A stretch of DNA of 63,688 bases, counting the filler, from Nemertoderma westbladi (taxonomy: Eukaryota; Animalia; Xenacoelomorpha), in assembly GCA_032718475.1 (NCBI GenBank). It is 4 parts of 4 records of this genome, joined end to end, with 100 filler letters (N's around TTAATTAATTAA, not from the genome) between each part and the next. Parts side by side here need not be neighbours in the genome. Positions count along the whole stretch, not along the records: positions 28,252 to 43,591 come from JAUCBJ010001757.1; positions 43,692 to 58,630 come from JAUCBJ010006340.1; 2 more parts are not named here. One strand, 5' to 3'. A model generated the notes under the pieces. The model was not told where the DNA came from. It was given only the letters and a program-made list of their open reading frames with translations, and did no database searches. Below, piece by piece: positions 38,219 through 50,626 of the stretch (the stretch's first letter is position 1; every line of letters starts with the position of its first letter). The position numbers and the translations under genes are program-made.

Positions 38219-40499
38219 TCTGATATTTAAAGCGCGCCATCTAAAGGAGCTGTTGGTATTTCCCTGAAAATAAACATAGTTTTTGTAGATTATATAGTAG
38301 AGATCAATCGAATAATACAAAGTAGCCTTCCCCTCACTCTGGCCATAGACTTCAGTCTCCCAAACACAGTTGGTCATACGCCGCGCTAGACTGGCTTCTG
38401 CTGTGTTCATATTTTGTATGGGCTGTCAGACATTATAAAACACGTAAATTAACAGGTTAAACTGTTGCATTAGCATTGTGCTTGCATTTCCTTTAGGAAA
38501 TGCGTTTCTAGTATAAACGGAGTTCTAGAGAATAAAATAAGATATTATCATTATTATTTGTTCCAACGGCCCCTCTAAGGACTGATTCAGATCAACTATT
38601 ACAACCATGTGAACATTCAAAAATAAGAGAGTTGCCAGATTTCAACATCCGATTCAACATGTAGTAAGTATTATGTCCCAACATGGTGTCGGTATAAATC
38701 AGTCACATAACCCCCCCCCCCCCCCCCCCCCCCCAACCTCTAACCTTTATAATTATTATTATATCCTGCGTTGTGATGGAACCCAATTATCATGACCATT
38801 CTGCATTATTATCTTGGCAACATCCTATTGACTATTATTATTGTACTTCAGCCCCTATGACATTTCGAATACATTGGATAGCCGTAGCTGGATTATACAA
38901 ATAATCTATTTTTTGGCATCTCCCATCGTTTAACAGATACCAAACGTGAGTTGAATACATTGTGTATACTGTAGCTAGGTAGGCAAAGTAAACATTCTAA
39001 TATAGCCAACAATTATTACTGATGCTACCTTATTGAAAATAATATAGCGTGAAACGCCCCTTAATACTGAGTGTATCATTTATTGCCAATTCAGTTTTGC
39101 ATTCTAATTATTAATTTAATTAATTATTTAATTAACAACAACAATACTATAACGCAACCAATATAACAGCTCAACAAACTAGAACAAAAAGGTTAGTAGT
39201 TTCCAGAATCAACACAAATCTGTGATATAGTTTATAATAATCATTATTAAATTACATTCATTAATGTTTATTGATCAGTTTTGTGCAAGTTGTCCACCAC
39301 ACCACTCATCTACAAACTGAGACACCTGGAAGAACTACGACTACACTAACCAGTACACATTCACGGATACATTCCTCAGTTCCAGGAGGTAATGGAAAAA
39401 GTTCATAGACTGTCTGCAAGTTTGGGTGTGAATTACATACTACTGACTAACTGGTTCCTCAAGTCTGATGTTTTATATGTTGCAAAATAGTTTGCAAAAT
39501 ATGCTGGTTTGTACAGTGACTGGTGAGGTGTGCAACAGGAAGACTCCTCTCTCTTGGCTGTTAAGTATACAGCAGGATGGGAACACACTAACTCCCAACG
39601 CTGAACACTACATTACATCTATCCAACCTTATCTTTAATCCCAATAGATCTACCTCATACACATTTGTACAATAAACCTACCATCGTTTTTGCATTCCTT
39701 CAGTAGAAATAAAATCAATTTGTAATATTATTATATTATATTTAGATTGTTCAACGATACACAAGATCGGATACAAAGTGTTTATAAACATTTCCCCGCA
39801 GTTACCAACGTTCCGTGTTGTTCCATCTGATAACCTTCTGTTCCAGAACTTAACAACTGTAAATCAACCCAATGTAAGTTGTAATTTTGTTTTATATTTT
39901 ATAATGTTACTTGTATTTTAGATGTGCGAGGTAATAGATTTTATTCCAAAATTGTAACATTACTCAACACCGTTAGTAACAGCGAGTTGTTAATGTAGCA
40001 CTTTACAACTTTAGAGGCCATTACAGCAATGTATTGGCCTGTACATTTATTATTGTATTTGGTGTTATTGTTTACGTGTTAACCCATGACGGCGTTTTTG
40101 TAATGTCCACTAAGGGGACATTACCTACCGGTAGGGGGGGTATAGCTATTAATAACCAGTAGGGCCTAGCTATATTATTATAACATGGCTCCAAACGCCA
40201 CCATAAATATAAGCAAACTTATTTATAACATAATTTATATCAATTTTACATTTATTTATACAGCAACTAATATAATTTGTGCAGTTTCTATCACTTATAA
40301 TATATATACAATCATTTCGAAATGTTAAAATTTTGGAATAGAATTACATACATACTTGTTGCAAAGTACTTTACAGTGTTTTCACTCACTCACTAACGTT
40401 TTAGTGAGTATTTTACTATTGAGTAGCTACTCCATTAAATAAACAAAATATTCCAAAATATTTTATATTACAGTACTGCAGTATATAGTTGAATAATTG

Positions 40500-41130
40500 A
40501 AGACCATGACTTTCTTGAGGACGCTTCTTAAAAGGCACTGTCCTTGAAGTTGCGGATAATTTCGCGAAAGTCAAGGGTGATAGGGAGTTGTGGCGGCGCA
40601 ATTTTGTCGACAGCCCGGTGTTATCAAGCGAAAATGCCCCCCACGCGGAATGCCCTCACGGGCATTTTCGTCTAGCGCTATATGCATATGCCATGCCCCC
40701 CCCCCCCCCCCCCCCAGAGCATTTTCACTCCATATTTTGGGAGTGGCTGTCCGAATCCCTAATTGAAAGCGGAAATGGAGGCCCAAAACTTTAATTAAAA
40801 CTGTCATGTAACCCCAACCTTAAATATTTTGGATCCTAAATTCCTCAATATTTCTTAGGTCTGAGCATCATGACTTTAAGGTTAGGGTTACTAATGACAG
40901 TTTTAATTAGGGTTTGGGGCCTGACCAAGTAACCCCAACCACAAAAATAAACCAATAAATCCAAAGTTAAAGTGCTGTATGGTACGGTACGCTAGACCTA
41001 CTATTATTATTATACTGTAAGTCTATAGGGGGGCATTCCGCGCGGGGGGTGGGGGGGGGGGGGGGGGGGTAGATACGCCTAGGAAACCGACATAGCATTC
41101 TTAATGCAGCTGCTTCCAGCATGCCGATTA
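40500..41130 (+). mobile_element. RTE-like 3' fragment (40500-40615, 41089-41130) interrupted by a ~470-bp element with internal IRs and TTAGGG-like motifs
   Basis: Matches 63321-63478. The insert has CCCC[A/G]CGCGGAATGCCC inverted motifs near both ends. Confidence 0.65.
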
Positions 41131-41789
41131 TAGATGATAATTGAAACCTGAAAAGGGTGGGACACCTGGACAGTCCAATCACTACGAAATAGCATTGCTT
41201 TAATACGTTTCTGATTGGCCAGACTATTACACCCCTACAGTATCTATGTTTTATGTGCCTTTATCCACTGGACACAGGACACTCAGCACACTGGACACTG
41301 GACACTGTGTTTGAAAAGTGTGCACTGGACACTGTCCAGTCAGTCCACCCTTTTCAAACACACATTTTATTTCCAAATGTAATTTTTTTTTTTTTTTTTT
41401 TTTAAAGAAAGATACGCCCCCGTGCGGGGCAAATATAGTAGCTCATTTGTCAGGGTAGAATCAACAGTGAATAATTTTTATATGGAATATTTTACATACA
41501 GTGCACAAATTATACGAGTATAATACAGGAAATAGTATCTATCAGTTTGTGGTACAGTAATCTAAGAGTCTCAATTAATTTAATATATAACATATCATTA
41601 AAAGCACAAATGATAAAAACAGTTTATTCTCAACCAACATAATATAAAATAATATATAATATATATTTTATTATATAAAAATTTTCAGTAAAATTGAGAG
41701 TGGGATAGATTATGAAAAATATAAAGGTTTACAAAGTTAAATTATTCGTTTGCTAGTGCGGAGAGAGATGGGGATGAGGAGCATGATAG

Positions 41790-42615
41790 CACGTGGTAAG
41801 TACTTGTCTTCGCAACTTAGGTTACAGAATTTGCAAACACAAGAGACGGAGCGGTCATGGAAAGGGCGAGTGTTGGTGCAAAGCTTGTGATGAAAACCAT
41901 GTGAGGTGGTTCTTGTGATGACGTGACGGTTTTTCTGTCCGGTTCTTCTCCATGCGGTGTTGGAAAACGCAGGGCCGTTAAGAAAACCTTCAGCAATGAA
42001 AGCGTTCTGGCGTTCGGTTCTGAAGGCTTTGTATTGTGAAATGGAATCGGAGTTGAACGAGTTCGGGAATTTAAGGTAGAGTAGTCTCAGTGAGGGTTTT
42101 CTCGCCGACAAGGTTGTGAGCTAGGGTTGATGAGGCATTTAGTGGCAAGCCAAGCATTTTCTTCAAAAATGACGATTTTATCATGTCTATGTTCTTTAGG
42201 TGTTTCAATTTTAAATATTTACCAAAAGTGGAGATTGCATAGAGGGCTTTTGGGGCTACTTTACTGTTAAAAATTTTCAGCCCAGTATCTACAGATAGTA
42301 GTGGTAATACAGATAGCGATCCTATCAAGCTATAGCACTGACGTTTCTTTAGGTCTATGTGCTTTGAAAAGCACAGAGATGGTTGGACTATAACGCCTAA
42401 GTATTCGTAAGAATTATCAATATGCACAATTTCGCCATTATACGTAAAAATATCGGTCTTTTTAAGAGGACCACCGTTTCTAAATTTTACAATCTTAGTT
42501 TTACGCAAGTTGACTGTCATACCATTTTCTTGACACCATGTGTACACAGCATCTAGTGCCGATTGCACATCATAAGCGTTCGAAGAGTAAAATACAAGAT
42601 CATCCGCGAAGAAAA
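41790..42615 (-). pseudogene. Truncated, diverged relative of the 31760-34502 LINE (RT C-half and Cys/His domain)
   Basis: FFADD, KTKIVKFRNGG, YEYLG, GPAF..W.RTGQKNRH..SHGFHHKLC are collinear with the intact ORF. One frameshift. Confidence 0.88.
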
Positions 42616-43006
42616 TCTGCATGTCCAAATGTAATTAAGAAAGCGAAAACCTGAAAAAAGGTGAACAGACCAATCGCTACAAACTGCTTTGCTTAATACG
42701 TTTCTGATTCGTGAATACTCACTGTAAAGTGCTACTTTACACATAAGTATGTAAATAGTTTAATAAAATAATTAAAGCAATATTAATTAAGGTGATCGGT
42801 GTTGGAATACTGCAGATATACCATAAATTAAACTGGAAAATCATATCTGAAACTATCTGAACCCAAACACTAAATAAATATGGGACCGAATTTGTTTTAG
42901 GACCGAATTGTCCGGGACCAAATTGTCCAGTTCCTGATAGAAACATAATTCGATGCAAAAATAAAATACTATGAAAATTGAATAACAAATGCTGTTAGCT
43001 ACTTTA

Positions 43007-43535
43007 GGGGTGCGTTCAGAAAGTATGTCACGCACAGGGGGGTCGACCTTGCGTGACATTTTGTGACAGGGGGGGGGGGTCGAGCTTGCGTGACATTTTG
43101 TGAAAGGGGGGGGGGGGGGTCGAGCTTGCGTGACATTTTGTGACAGGGGGGGGGGGGGGGTGTGACTTTTGTGACGGTCACGGCGATGTTCTACGGTATG
43201 CTTTAATGTTAGCTTGACTTTGACTAACACATTTGTAGATGAGTGGGAAACTTTAAGGAAAAAACAATAAACTCAATAACATTGAATTTAATCCCTAACA
43301 TTAACAGGGCACCCCTGTCTAGTCTGCCTTGTACATGTACAGTACTGTAGTTTGAAGCTGCTAAAGTATGTATAGGCTTTTAGTAAGAACTACTTCAGTC
43401 AAAATGTTTCACTTTCTATTGTGATTTCTAACTGTTATTAAATTATTGTAATAAAATATTTTTCGTCTAGGGTGGGGGGGGGGGGGGGGGTCAAAAAACT
43501 GGAAAATTTGCGTGACATACTTTATGAACGCCCCC
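43007..43535. mobile_element. PIF/Harbinger-type MITE
   Basis: TIRs GGGGTGCGTTCAGAAAGTATGTCACGCA / TGCGTGACATACTTTATGAACGCCCCC. TTA TSD. Absent from the homologous flank at ~36515. Confidence 0.85.
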
Positions 43536-43591
43536 TTATTTAGCATATATTAATATGTATAATATAATATATAATAATGTATACCTGTCAG

Positions 43592-43691
43592 NNNNNNNNN
43601 NNNNNNNNNNNNNNNNNNNNNNNNNNNNNNNNNNNTTAATTAATTAANNNNNNNNNNNNNNNNNNNNNNNNNNNNNNNNNNNNNNNNNNNN
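43592..43691. other. Artificial contig linker
   Basis: N44-TTAATTAATTAA-N44. Confidence 0.97.
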
Positions 43692-44179
43692 ATTATTATT
43701 ATATACTCTTTGACACAACAGGCCTATTTCAGTATTTGTTATGTTTGTACAGATAGATCCCCAGCCTGACAGCTTAGGGATTTATAGCTTCAGCACCAAT
43801 GGGTCCGGGGGTCTCTGTAGCTATAGTCACAAAGTGGTAGTCATGGCACAGGTCAGCGTATTTGTGTGACTTTAAACGCTCTGCTGTGGTTGCTGCTGCT
43901 CCGGGTGGGGAGGTAGGATGTCGCTAGGGTATCCCTACATGTATAGTCCCAAACAAGCATCCTGCCTTTTGACCATGGTGACAGAGTCATTCCATCAGGT
44001 TTTTTCCCATCTCTCGTCATGCCTCTTGTTTCTAGGGTGGATGGTATACCAGCTGAGTTAAGGACGTGGTGGATGATGTCATTCGCTTCAGCGTGGCAGA
44101 TGTATTTGCCATAGTTGTGGATGCAGCTTAGTCCATGTACACCTGAGGTGTTTACTTGAGTACCGCAGCTTCTACATCC

Positions 44180-44666
44180 TTGCGACCGAGTGTTTGTTCG
44201 TGTAGACAGAGTGCGAAAAGCTTTAGAAGCACCATACCAAGGTCCATTCTTAGTGCTAGAAAGATATTCGAAAGTTTTTAAATTGTTGCTACCAAGTGGA
44301 CCAAAAGAGATTTCAATTGATCGATTAAAACCATATAGTAACTGCCGTCCAAAACAACCAAAAGACCCGGTACTAAAAACGAAACTGAAAGTAATACATT
44401 ACGACAACGCAATAGTTCCGGATGTGGAGTCAGTACCGGACGACTCGAATATAGACTCATTACGTACGCGTAGTGGAAAGAAGTATGTCAGATTTGTTTA
44501 ACTAAAGGTTATACATTCCATTTTTTGGTGGGGGGAGTTGTGTAGTGGAGAAAGAACTAGGTACTGTATAATATATGTTTTTGCCCCTACCGGTGATGTC
44601 GGCAGTACTGCCCTACTTCTTTATGATTTGATCACTGATTATTATTATATACTCTTTGACACAACA
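44180..44666 (+). mobile_element. Gypsy 3' remnant: integrase C-terminus, PPT and a short putative LTR (44541-44666)
   Basis: VFVRVDRVRKALEAPYQGPF..ISIDRLKP..TRSG. GGGGGGAG PPT. TGTAGT..ACAACA. Confidence 0.8.
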
Positions 44667-45965
44667 GGCCTATTTCAGTATTTGTTATGTTTGTACAGAT
44701 AGATCCCCAGCCTGACAGCTTAGGGATTTATAGCTTCAGCACCAATGGGTCCGGGGGTCTCTGTAGCTATAGTCACAAAGTGGTAGTCATGGCACAGGTC
44801 AGCGTATTTGTGTGACTTTAAACGCTCTGCTGTGGTTGCTGCTGCTCCGGGTGGGGAGGTAGGATGTCGCTAGGGTATCCCTACATGTATAGTCCCAAAC
44901 AAGCATCCTGCCTTTTGACCATGGTGACAGAGTCATTCCATCAGGTTTTTTCCCATCTCTCGTCATGCCTCTTGTTTCTAGGGTGGATGGTATACCAGCT
45001 GAGTTAAGGGCGTGGTGGATGATGTCATTCGCTTCAGCGTGGCAGATGTATTTGCCATAGTTGTGGATGCAGCTTAGTCCGTGTACACCTGAGGTGTTTA
45101 CTTGAGTACCGCAGCTTCTACATCCATGCTCAGTGCAGATTGTAGTGCCTAGGCGGAGAGCTACGCCAATTCGTAGTTGGTCATCCTCGAGGCGGAGTCC
45201 CAGTGAAGATATTGGAAGGGCGTTTAGCCAGTCCCCTGAGTGATCTGCCCTGGCGGCTAACAGACGTGCCTTGCTGAGGGGAGGGGGGTGCTAGCGGCTG
45301 CTAGTAGTTCTTCAAACCGGATAATTCTCATGGGGTGGTCCCAGGCTTTCTGTATAGAAGGGTTGGGTGGTGGATTGATGTGTCATAGCCAGGGTTATTG
45401 CTGGATCTGTAATACCTTCAACATGAGGAGGGAGGAGTGCTTGGAGTAGGGGAGTGCATCCGAAGACTGATGCCAAAAAGGCAGGTACTGAAACGTCCCG
45501 CGTACTCCTAATGCCCAATCCCCCGAGTGATACTGGGAGGGAAGCTTGTTTCCATGCAGTGTTGTCTAGTTTAGAGTTGGTTGCCACCTCGAGGGCTTGA
45601 TGGATTGTGGTGTTGAGTTGTCGGAGGGTTGGTGAGATGAAGCATGGCGAGCACCTGAGAATATGCATCAGTTTGGGGATTGCAAAGCAGTGTCTAAGTA
45701 AGAAGAGGGCATCGTGGGAGGAGAGTAGGTGCAGTCGTTGTGTGAATCGCGTGAGGTCAGTTATCTTCTCCTGGAGAGTGGTTTCAAGTGCTGATTCTCC
45801 TAGGGGTGCCCCCAGTAGGGTCGAATTGTCAAACTCCACTGGTTTAATGCCTGGCGTTATCTTGTCAAAGATTGCGGTGGTTGTTGTCTTAAGGTCCTCT
45901 GGGAAGCTGGGAGCGAAAATCAGTTTACACTTAGTTGGCTTGATTGTGAGCCCTAGCTTGGCTGC
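44667..45965 (-). pseudogene. CRE-clade non-LTR retrotransposon fragment (RT thumb, CCHC, restriction-like endonuclease); 43721-44179 duplicates its 3' part
   Basis: LLGAPLG, IPKLMHILRCSP, QASLPVSLGGLGIRS, SGDWLNALP..LGLRL, CRSC..HGLSC, KPDGMTL.PW..G..LVWDYTC, ETPGP. Confidence 0.8.
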
Positions 45966-46635
45966 CTGTGCGGCTCGAAAGAACTTAGTCTTCAGGTGCC
46001 TGGAGAGATCTGATTTCCAGATGGTATCCATTTTTGATAGAGCTACCCAAGCCTTTGCTTTCCTAACTTCTATGTCCTATTTGCTACCCTCTATCCATGC
46101 TCCAAGGTACTGGAAGTCATCGACCTTCCTTAGTTGATTATTATCAATGGTTGTCAAGTTTCCATCAACATTAAAGGTCATGAATTCGGTCTTTGTAGCA
46201 TTTATATGCAATCCAACCTCCTTAGCAGCCATCTCCACTTTATTTAGTAGAAGCTGTGCATCTGCTAGGGTATTAGAGAGCAGGGCGATGTCATCCGCAA
46301 AGTCGGTGTCTGTGACTGTAGTTGCCGGATATCTACTACTTCTGCGTTCTTGAAGTGTGAATCCCAGGTCTTCACCCTTTGTGGCCGTCCTCATTGCGTA
46401 ATCCAGCACAATTACAAATAGTAATGGTGCTAATGTGTCACCTTGCAGTACGCCAGCCAGGATTGAGAAAAACTCCGTTTCACCATCTGGTGACAGTACC
46501 TGCGCTTCTGTGTCACAATATAACAATCCAATGCCAGCAACAATTACTTCTGGTATTCCATAAGCTCTTAGGATTTCAAGCATTTTACCTCTATGGATGG
46601 AGTCGAATGCCTTCTTGAAGTCCACAAAAGTCATG
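45966..46635 (-). pseudogene. RTE/Proto2-like RT fragment fused to the CRE fragment
   Basis: FVDFKKAFDSIHR, GVLQGDTLAP, DFADD, DFQYLGAW, IWKSDLSRHLKTKFFRA. Confidence 0.85.
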
Positions 46636-47966
46636 ACATTGTTTATACTAGGGCTAAATAACCGCCCGGTTTGACACTTTGACTTGTTTTGTTTATCTAA
46701 ATAACCGCCCGGTTTGTACACTTTGACTTTGACTTTGACTCACTTTGACTCGTTTTGTTTATACTAGGGTTTAAAAAATTCATGATACAGAAAATTACCC
46801 ATGAAACTTTTGAATTTTATATTTTTTGTGAAATATAATGATTTTTTTTCAATTTTTTGTATTTTTGGGGGGGATATGGGATATCTGGGCCCTATTTTAT
46901 GAAGTGGGAAGCTTCTTTTTTTTTATTTATTTATTTAATTCGTTAATAAAAACATATTTATTAAATTTAATATGCACAACATAAAATATAAAATGATAAA
47001 ACAACGTAAGTACTGTATAAAGTTGTAATTAATAGTATATAAGTTAATAATTAATTGTCTTATATGACAAAAATATTGCGGATTCAGATAAGCAACATCG
47101 CCGTATGGCTAGTAATACATTATTAGTAGATAAACACACTCTTTTAAATAGGCTATGCAATGAGAATCTACGGGTGTGAATAATGGAGTTGATGCGAAGC
47201 TGAGTAAGCATTCCGCTCGACTGTCCATTCTACCATTCTACCTTATGAAGGAGAAGGCAATAATGTATGACTGTTAAATACTGTAAAACTGGATTGCTTC
47301 CCAGTCTAACCTTTTGCAAACATTTTACAGAAAAATCGATGCATCCAGGAATAATTTAGTCAGTTAGTGTTATGTTCTGATAAGAATATAACGTTGTGAT
47401 ATAACATAAGTATAATATGTAATGCGTATCATATATAAATATATAAAAGACATCCAACAACAAATAATACGTAGGCCTATATACTGTAGGCTTAGTACTC
47501 ATAGGCAGTATATATAAACTCCAGGCAAGCCGTATAGCTTGCATATATCAAAATATCTAACTCACGCAAGCATCGTGCCACCTAATGGCCGATCACTGCG
47601 CAATATACAATATAATCGAAATCTATCAATTCCTCTTTTTCCCTCTTTTTTTTTTAAGTTTATTGTCTATCTTAACTTGCGAATCGATTAGGAGGGGTAC
47701 CAGACGTGGAACGGGTACTTCTCCTTGGGATAGGGTGGACTGTGGTACTGTCGGCGAATGTGACAGTTTGTTGTTTTACTTTTGGGGGTGCCGGAATTTG
47801 TTTTTCCCCTGGTGGTCCCAATTGTTGTCCTTGATTCTGGGTACGTAAATAATGGCGGTTTCGAATGAGAGAACGCCTGCTGGGAAATATAATTGTGTAT
47901 CTTCTAGGGCCAGGTTTCTCTGTGATTGTCCCAATTCGGTCCCATAATTTTGTTTGCTGATTCTGC

Positions 47967-48803
47967 ACCCGCACCTCGCAGCCTATTGACCCACACCTCG
48001 CAGCCTATTGACCCACACCTCGCAGCCTATTGACCCGCACCTCGCAGCCTATTGACCCGCACCTCGCAGCCTATTGACCCACACCTCGCAGCCTATTGAC
48101 CCACACCTCGCAGCCTATTGACCCGCACCTCGCAGCCTATTGACCCACACCTCGCAGCCTATTGACCCGCACCTCGCAGCCTATTGACCCGCACCTCGCA
48201 GCCTATTGACCCACACCTCGCAGCCTATTGACCCGCACCTCGCAGCCTATTGACCCACACCTCGCAGCCTATTGACCCGCACCTCGCAGCCTATTGACCC
48301 GCACCTCGCAGCCTATTGACCCACACCTCGCAGCCTATTGACCCGCACCTCGCAGCCTATTGACCCACACCTCGCAGCCTATTGACCCGCACCTCGCAGC
48401 CTATTGACCCACACCTCGCAGCCTATTGACCCACACCTCGCAGCCTATTGACCCACACCTCGCAGCCTATTGACCCGCACCTCGCAGCCTATTGACCCAC
48501 ACCTCGCAGCCTATTGACCCACACCTCGCAGCCTATTGACCCACACCTCGCAGCCTATTGACCCGCACCTCGCAGCCTATTGACCCGCACCTCGCAGCCT
48601 ATTGACCCGCACCTCGCAGCCTATTGACCCACACCTCGCAGCCTATTGACCCGCACCTCGCAGCCTATTGACCCACACCTCGCAGCCTATTGACCCACAC
48701 CTCGCAGCCTATTGACCCACACCTCGCAGCCTATTGACCCGCACCTCGCAGCCTATTGACCCACACCTCGCAGCCTATTGACCCGCACCTCGCAGCCTAT
48801 TGA
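47967..48803. repeat. 22-bp minisatellite x38 derived from the integrase C-terminus
   Basis: Unit ACCC[G/A]CACCTCGCAGCCTATTG. Collapsing it to one unit restores LPPLSIGCEVRVQNQ on the minus strand. Confidence 0.96.
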
Positions 48804-48900
48804 TAGAGGCGGCAAATTGTGTGCGGATTGATTGTAATGTTCAATACAATCTTGTTGAAGTTCTGCAGCGCGCTGGTCAGTCGATTTGGATGCTAGATTC

Positions 48901-50626
48901 ATTTAACATTCTGACATAAAGTAAATAAAGTAATAGAAATCAATCAGTGTTCGTTTGCTAGGGCAGTGGTCAGCGTATCTACTTGCTTCTGCGTGATAGA
49001 TCGTTCGTTTGCTAGGGCAGTGGTCAGCGTATCTACTTGCTTCTGCGTGATAGATCGTTCGGTTGCTAGGGCAGTGGTCAGCGTATCTACTTGCTTCTGC
49101 CTGATAGATCGTTCGGTTGCTAGGGCAGTGGTCAGCGTATCTACTTGCTTCTGCCTGATAGATCGTTCGGTTGCTAGGGCAGTGGTCAGCGTATCTACTT
49201 GCTTCTGCCTGATAGATCGTTCGGTTGCTAGGGCAGTGGTCAGCGTATCTACTTGCTTCTGCCTGATAGATCGTTCGGTTGCTAGGGCAGTGGTCAGCGT
49301 ATCTACTTGCTTCTGCCTGATAGATCGTTCGGTTGCTAGGGCAGTGGTCAGCGTATCTTCTTGCTTCTGCCTGATAGATCGTTCGGTTGCTAGGGCAGTG
49401 GTCAGCGTATCTTCTTGCTTCTGCCTGATAGATCGTTCGGTTGCTAGGGCAGTGGTCAGCGTATCTTCTTGCTTCTGCCTGATAGATCGTTCGGTTGCTA
49501 GGGCAGTGGTCAGCGTATCTACTTGCTTCTGCCTGATAGATCGTTCGGTTGCTAGGGCAGTGGTCAGCGTATCTACTTGCTTCTGCCTGATAGATCGTTC
49601 GGTTGCTAGGGCAGTGGTCAGCGTATCTTCTTGCTTCTGCCTGATAGATCGTTCGGTTGCTAGGGCAGTGGTCAGCGTATCTACTTGCTTCTGCCTGATA
49701 GATCGTTCGGTTGCTAGGGCAGTGGTCAGCGTATCTACTTGCTTCTGCCTGATAGATCGTTCGGTTGCTAGGGCAGTGGTCAGCGTATCTACTTGCTGCG
49801 ACTTGTTCGACCTGCAACACAAAGTTTGATGTAGGATTACCTAAACTTAAACAATAACTGATAGCGACAAATATTATTAGATAGAAATATATATTTGAAC
49901 ATTCTAACTTTTCTTGGATATGAAATGAGATTTTTTGTATTGGAGTTATAATGAATTTGTTATTAAAAATCATTATAACAATCAAATTATCGTGAAATAT
50001 CGTGGCTGTTGTTGAACAATCTCGGGATTGCTTTAACAGCAGCCCTCGCATAGTTGCAGTTAAAATTAAATTTAAAATTATTGTTGACGAAAAATTATAA
50101 ACTTGATAAAAATTGATAATATTATCCATATTATTATTAAATTATTATCTACATGTAAATATTTCCTGGAATAGGCTAATAAATTCTGAAATTACCGGTA
50201 GGCCTAATAAATTAGTGATGTGAATTTGTCCTAAATGCCATCATTTATTCTATTTTCAATTATGTTCTTAATATGAAAAGTGATTTTAAAGATGCTTTAC
50301 CTCTCAAAAGATGACCATGCACAAATAACAAAACACTTACTTTTTATATTTTATTTCGATCAGAGGAAGAGATGCCCGGATAATTAAACAGTAAAGTGAA
50401 ATATAACATGGGAAAGTCTGGTACACTTCAAATTGGCCAATACAGGACCAGTCCCTGAAACTGATGACAGGTATTGACCGAGATTTTTAGTTTTATCTGA
50501 AATATTAACTTCATACTTTGGTAAATGTTAGACGTTATTGACATTATTATGTCAGATGCGTTCTAAATTAAATATATTTCTATAGAATAATTATATAACA
50601 TTAATACAGAGCTGTATTGATCATTA
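48901..50626. mobile_element. Unclassified 1.7-kb insertion in the integrase, containing a 54-bp satellite
   Basis: Removing it rejoins KFFKPE-W-NLASKSTDQ. No TSD or TIR recognised. Confidence 0.55.
48948..49797. repeat. 54-bp satellite, ~15.5 copies
   Basis: Unit GGGCAGTGGTCAGCGTATCT[A/T]CTTGCTTCTGCCTGATAGATCGTTCGGTTGCTA. Stop-free in three frames. Confidence 0.96.

Larger units (their letters stand above)
39939..42760. mobile_element. Copy 2 of the hairpin element, expanded by ~2.3 kb of nested TE fragments
   Basis: 39939-40400 matches 2319-2875, and 42727-42760 matches 2920-2953. Joining the flanks reproduces the empty site at 36258-36330. Confidence 0.8.

Noticed and set aside
37430-38410. 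Mucin/extensin-like Pro-Thr-Ser protein (326 aa)
   Set aside because: It derives from a 42-bp repeat open in five frames and runs into an unrelated 15-bp repeat and a MITE. There is no signal peptide or supported gene context.
39277-39420. Possible minus-strand exon resembling a BEN-domain C-terminus
   Set aside because: It is too short and degraded to support.
48903-50129. 408-aa His/Cys repeat protein with a hydrophobic leader
   Set aside because: The 54-bp satellite is open in three frames and the leader is AT-rich noise. It cannot be wholly excluded without RNA data.
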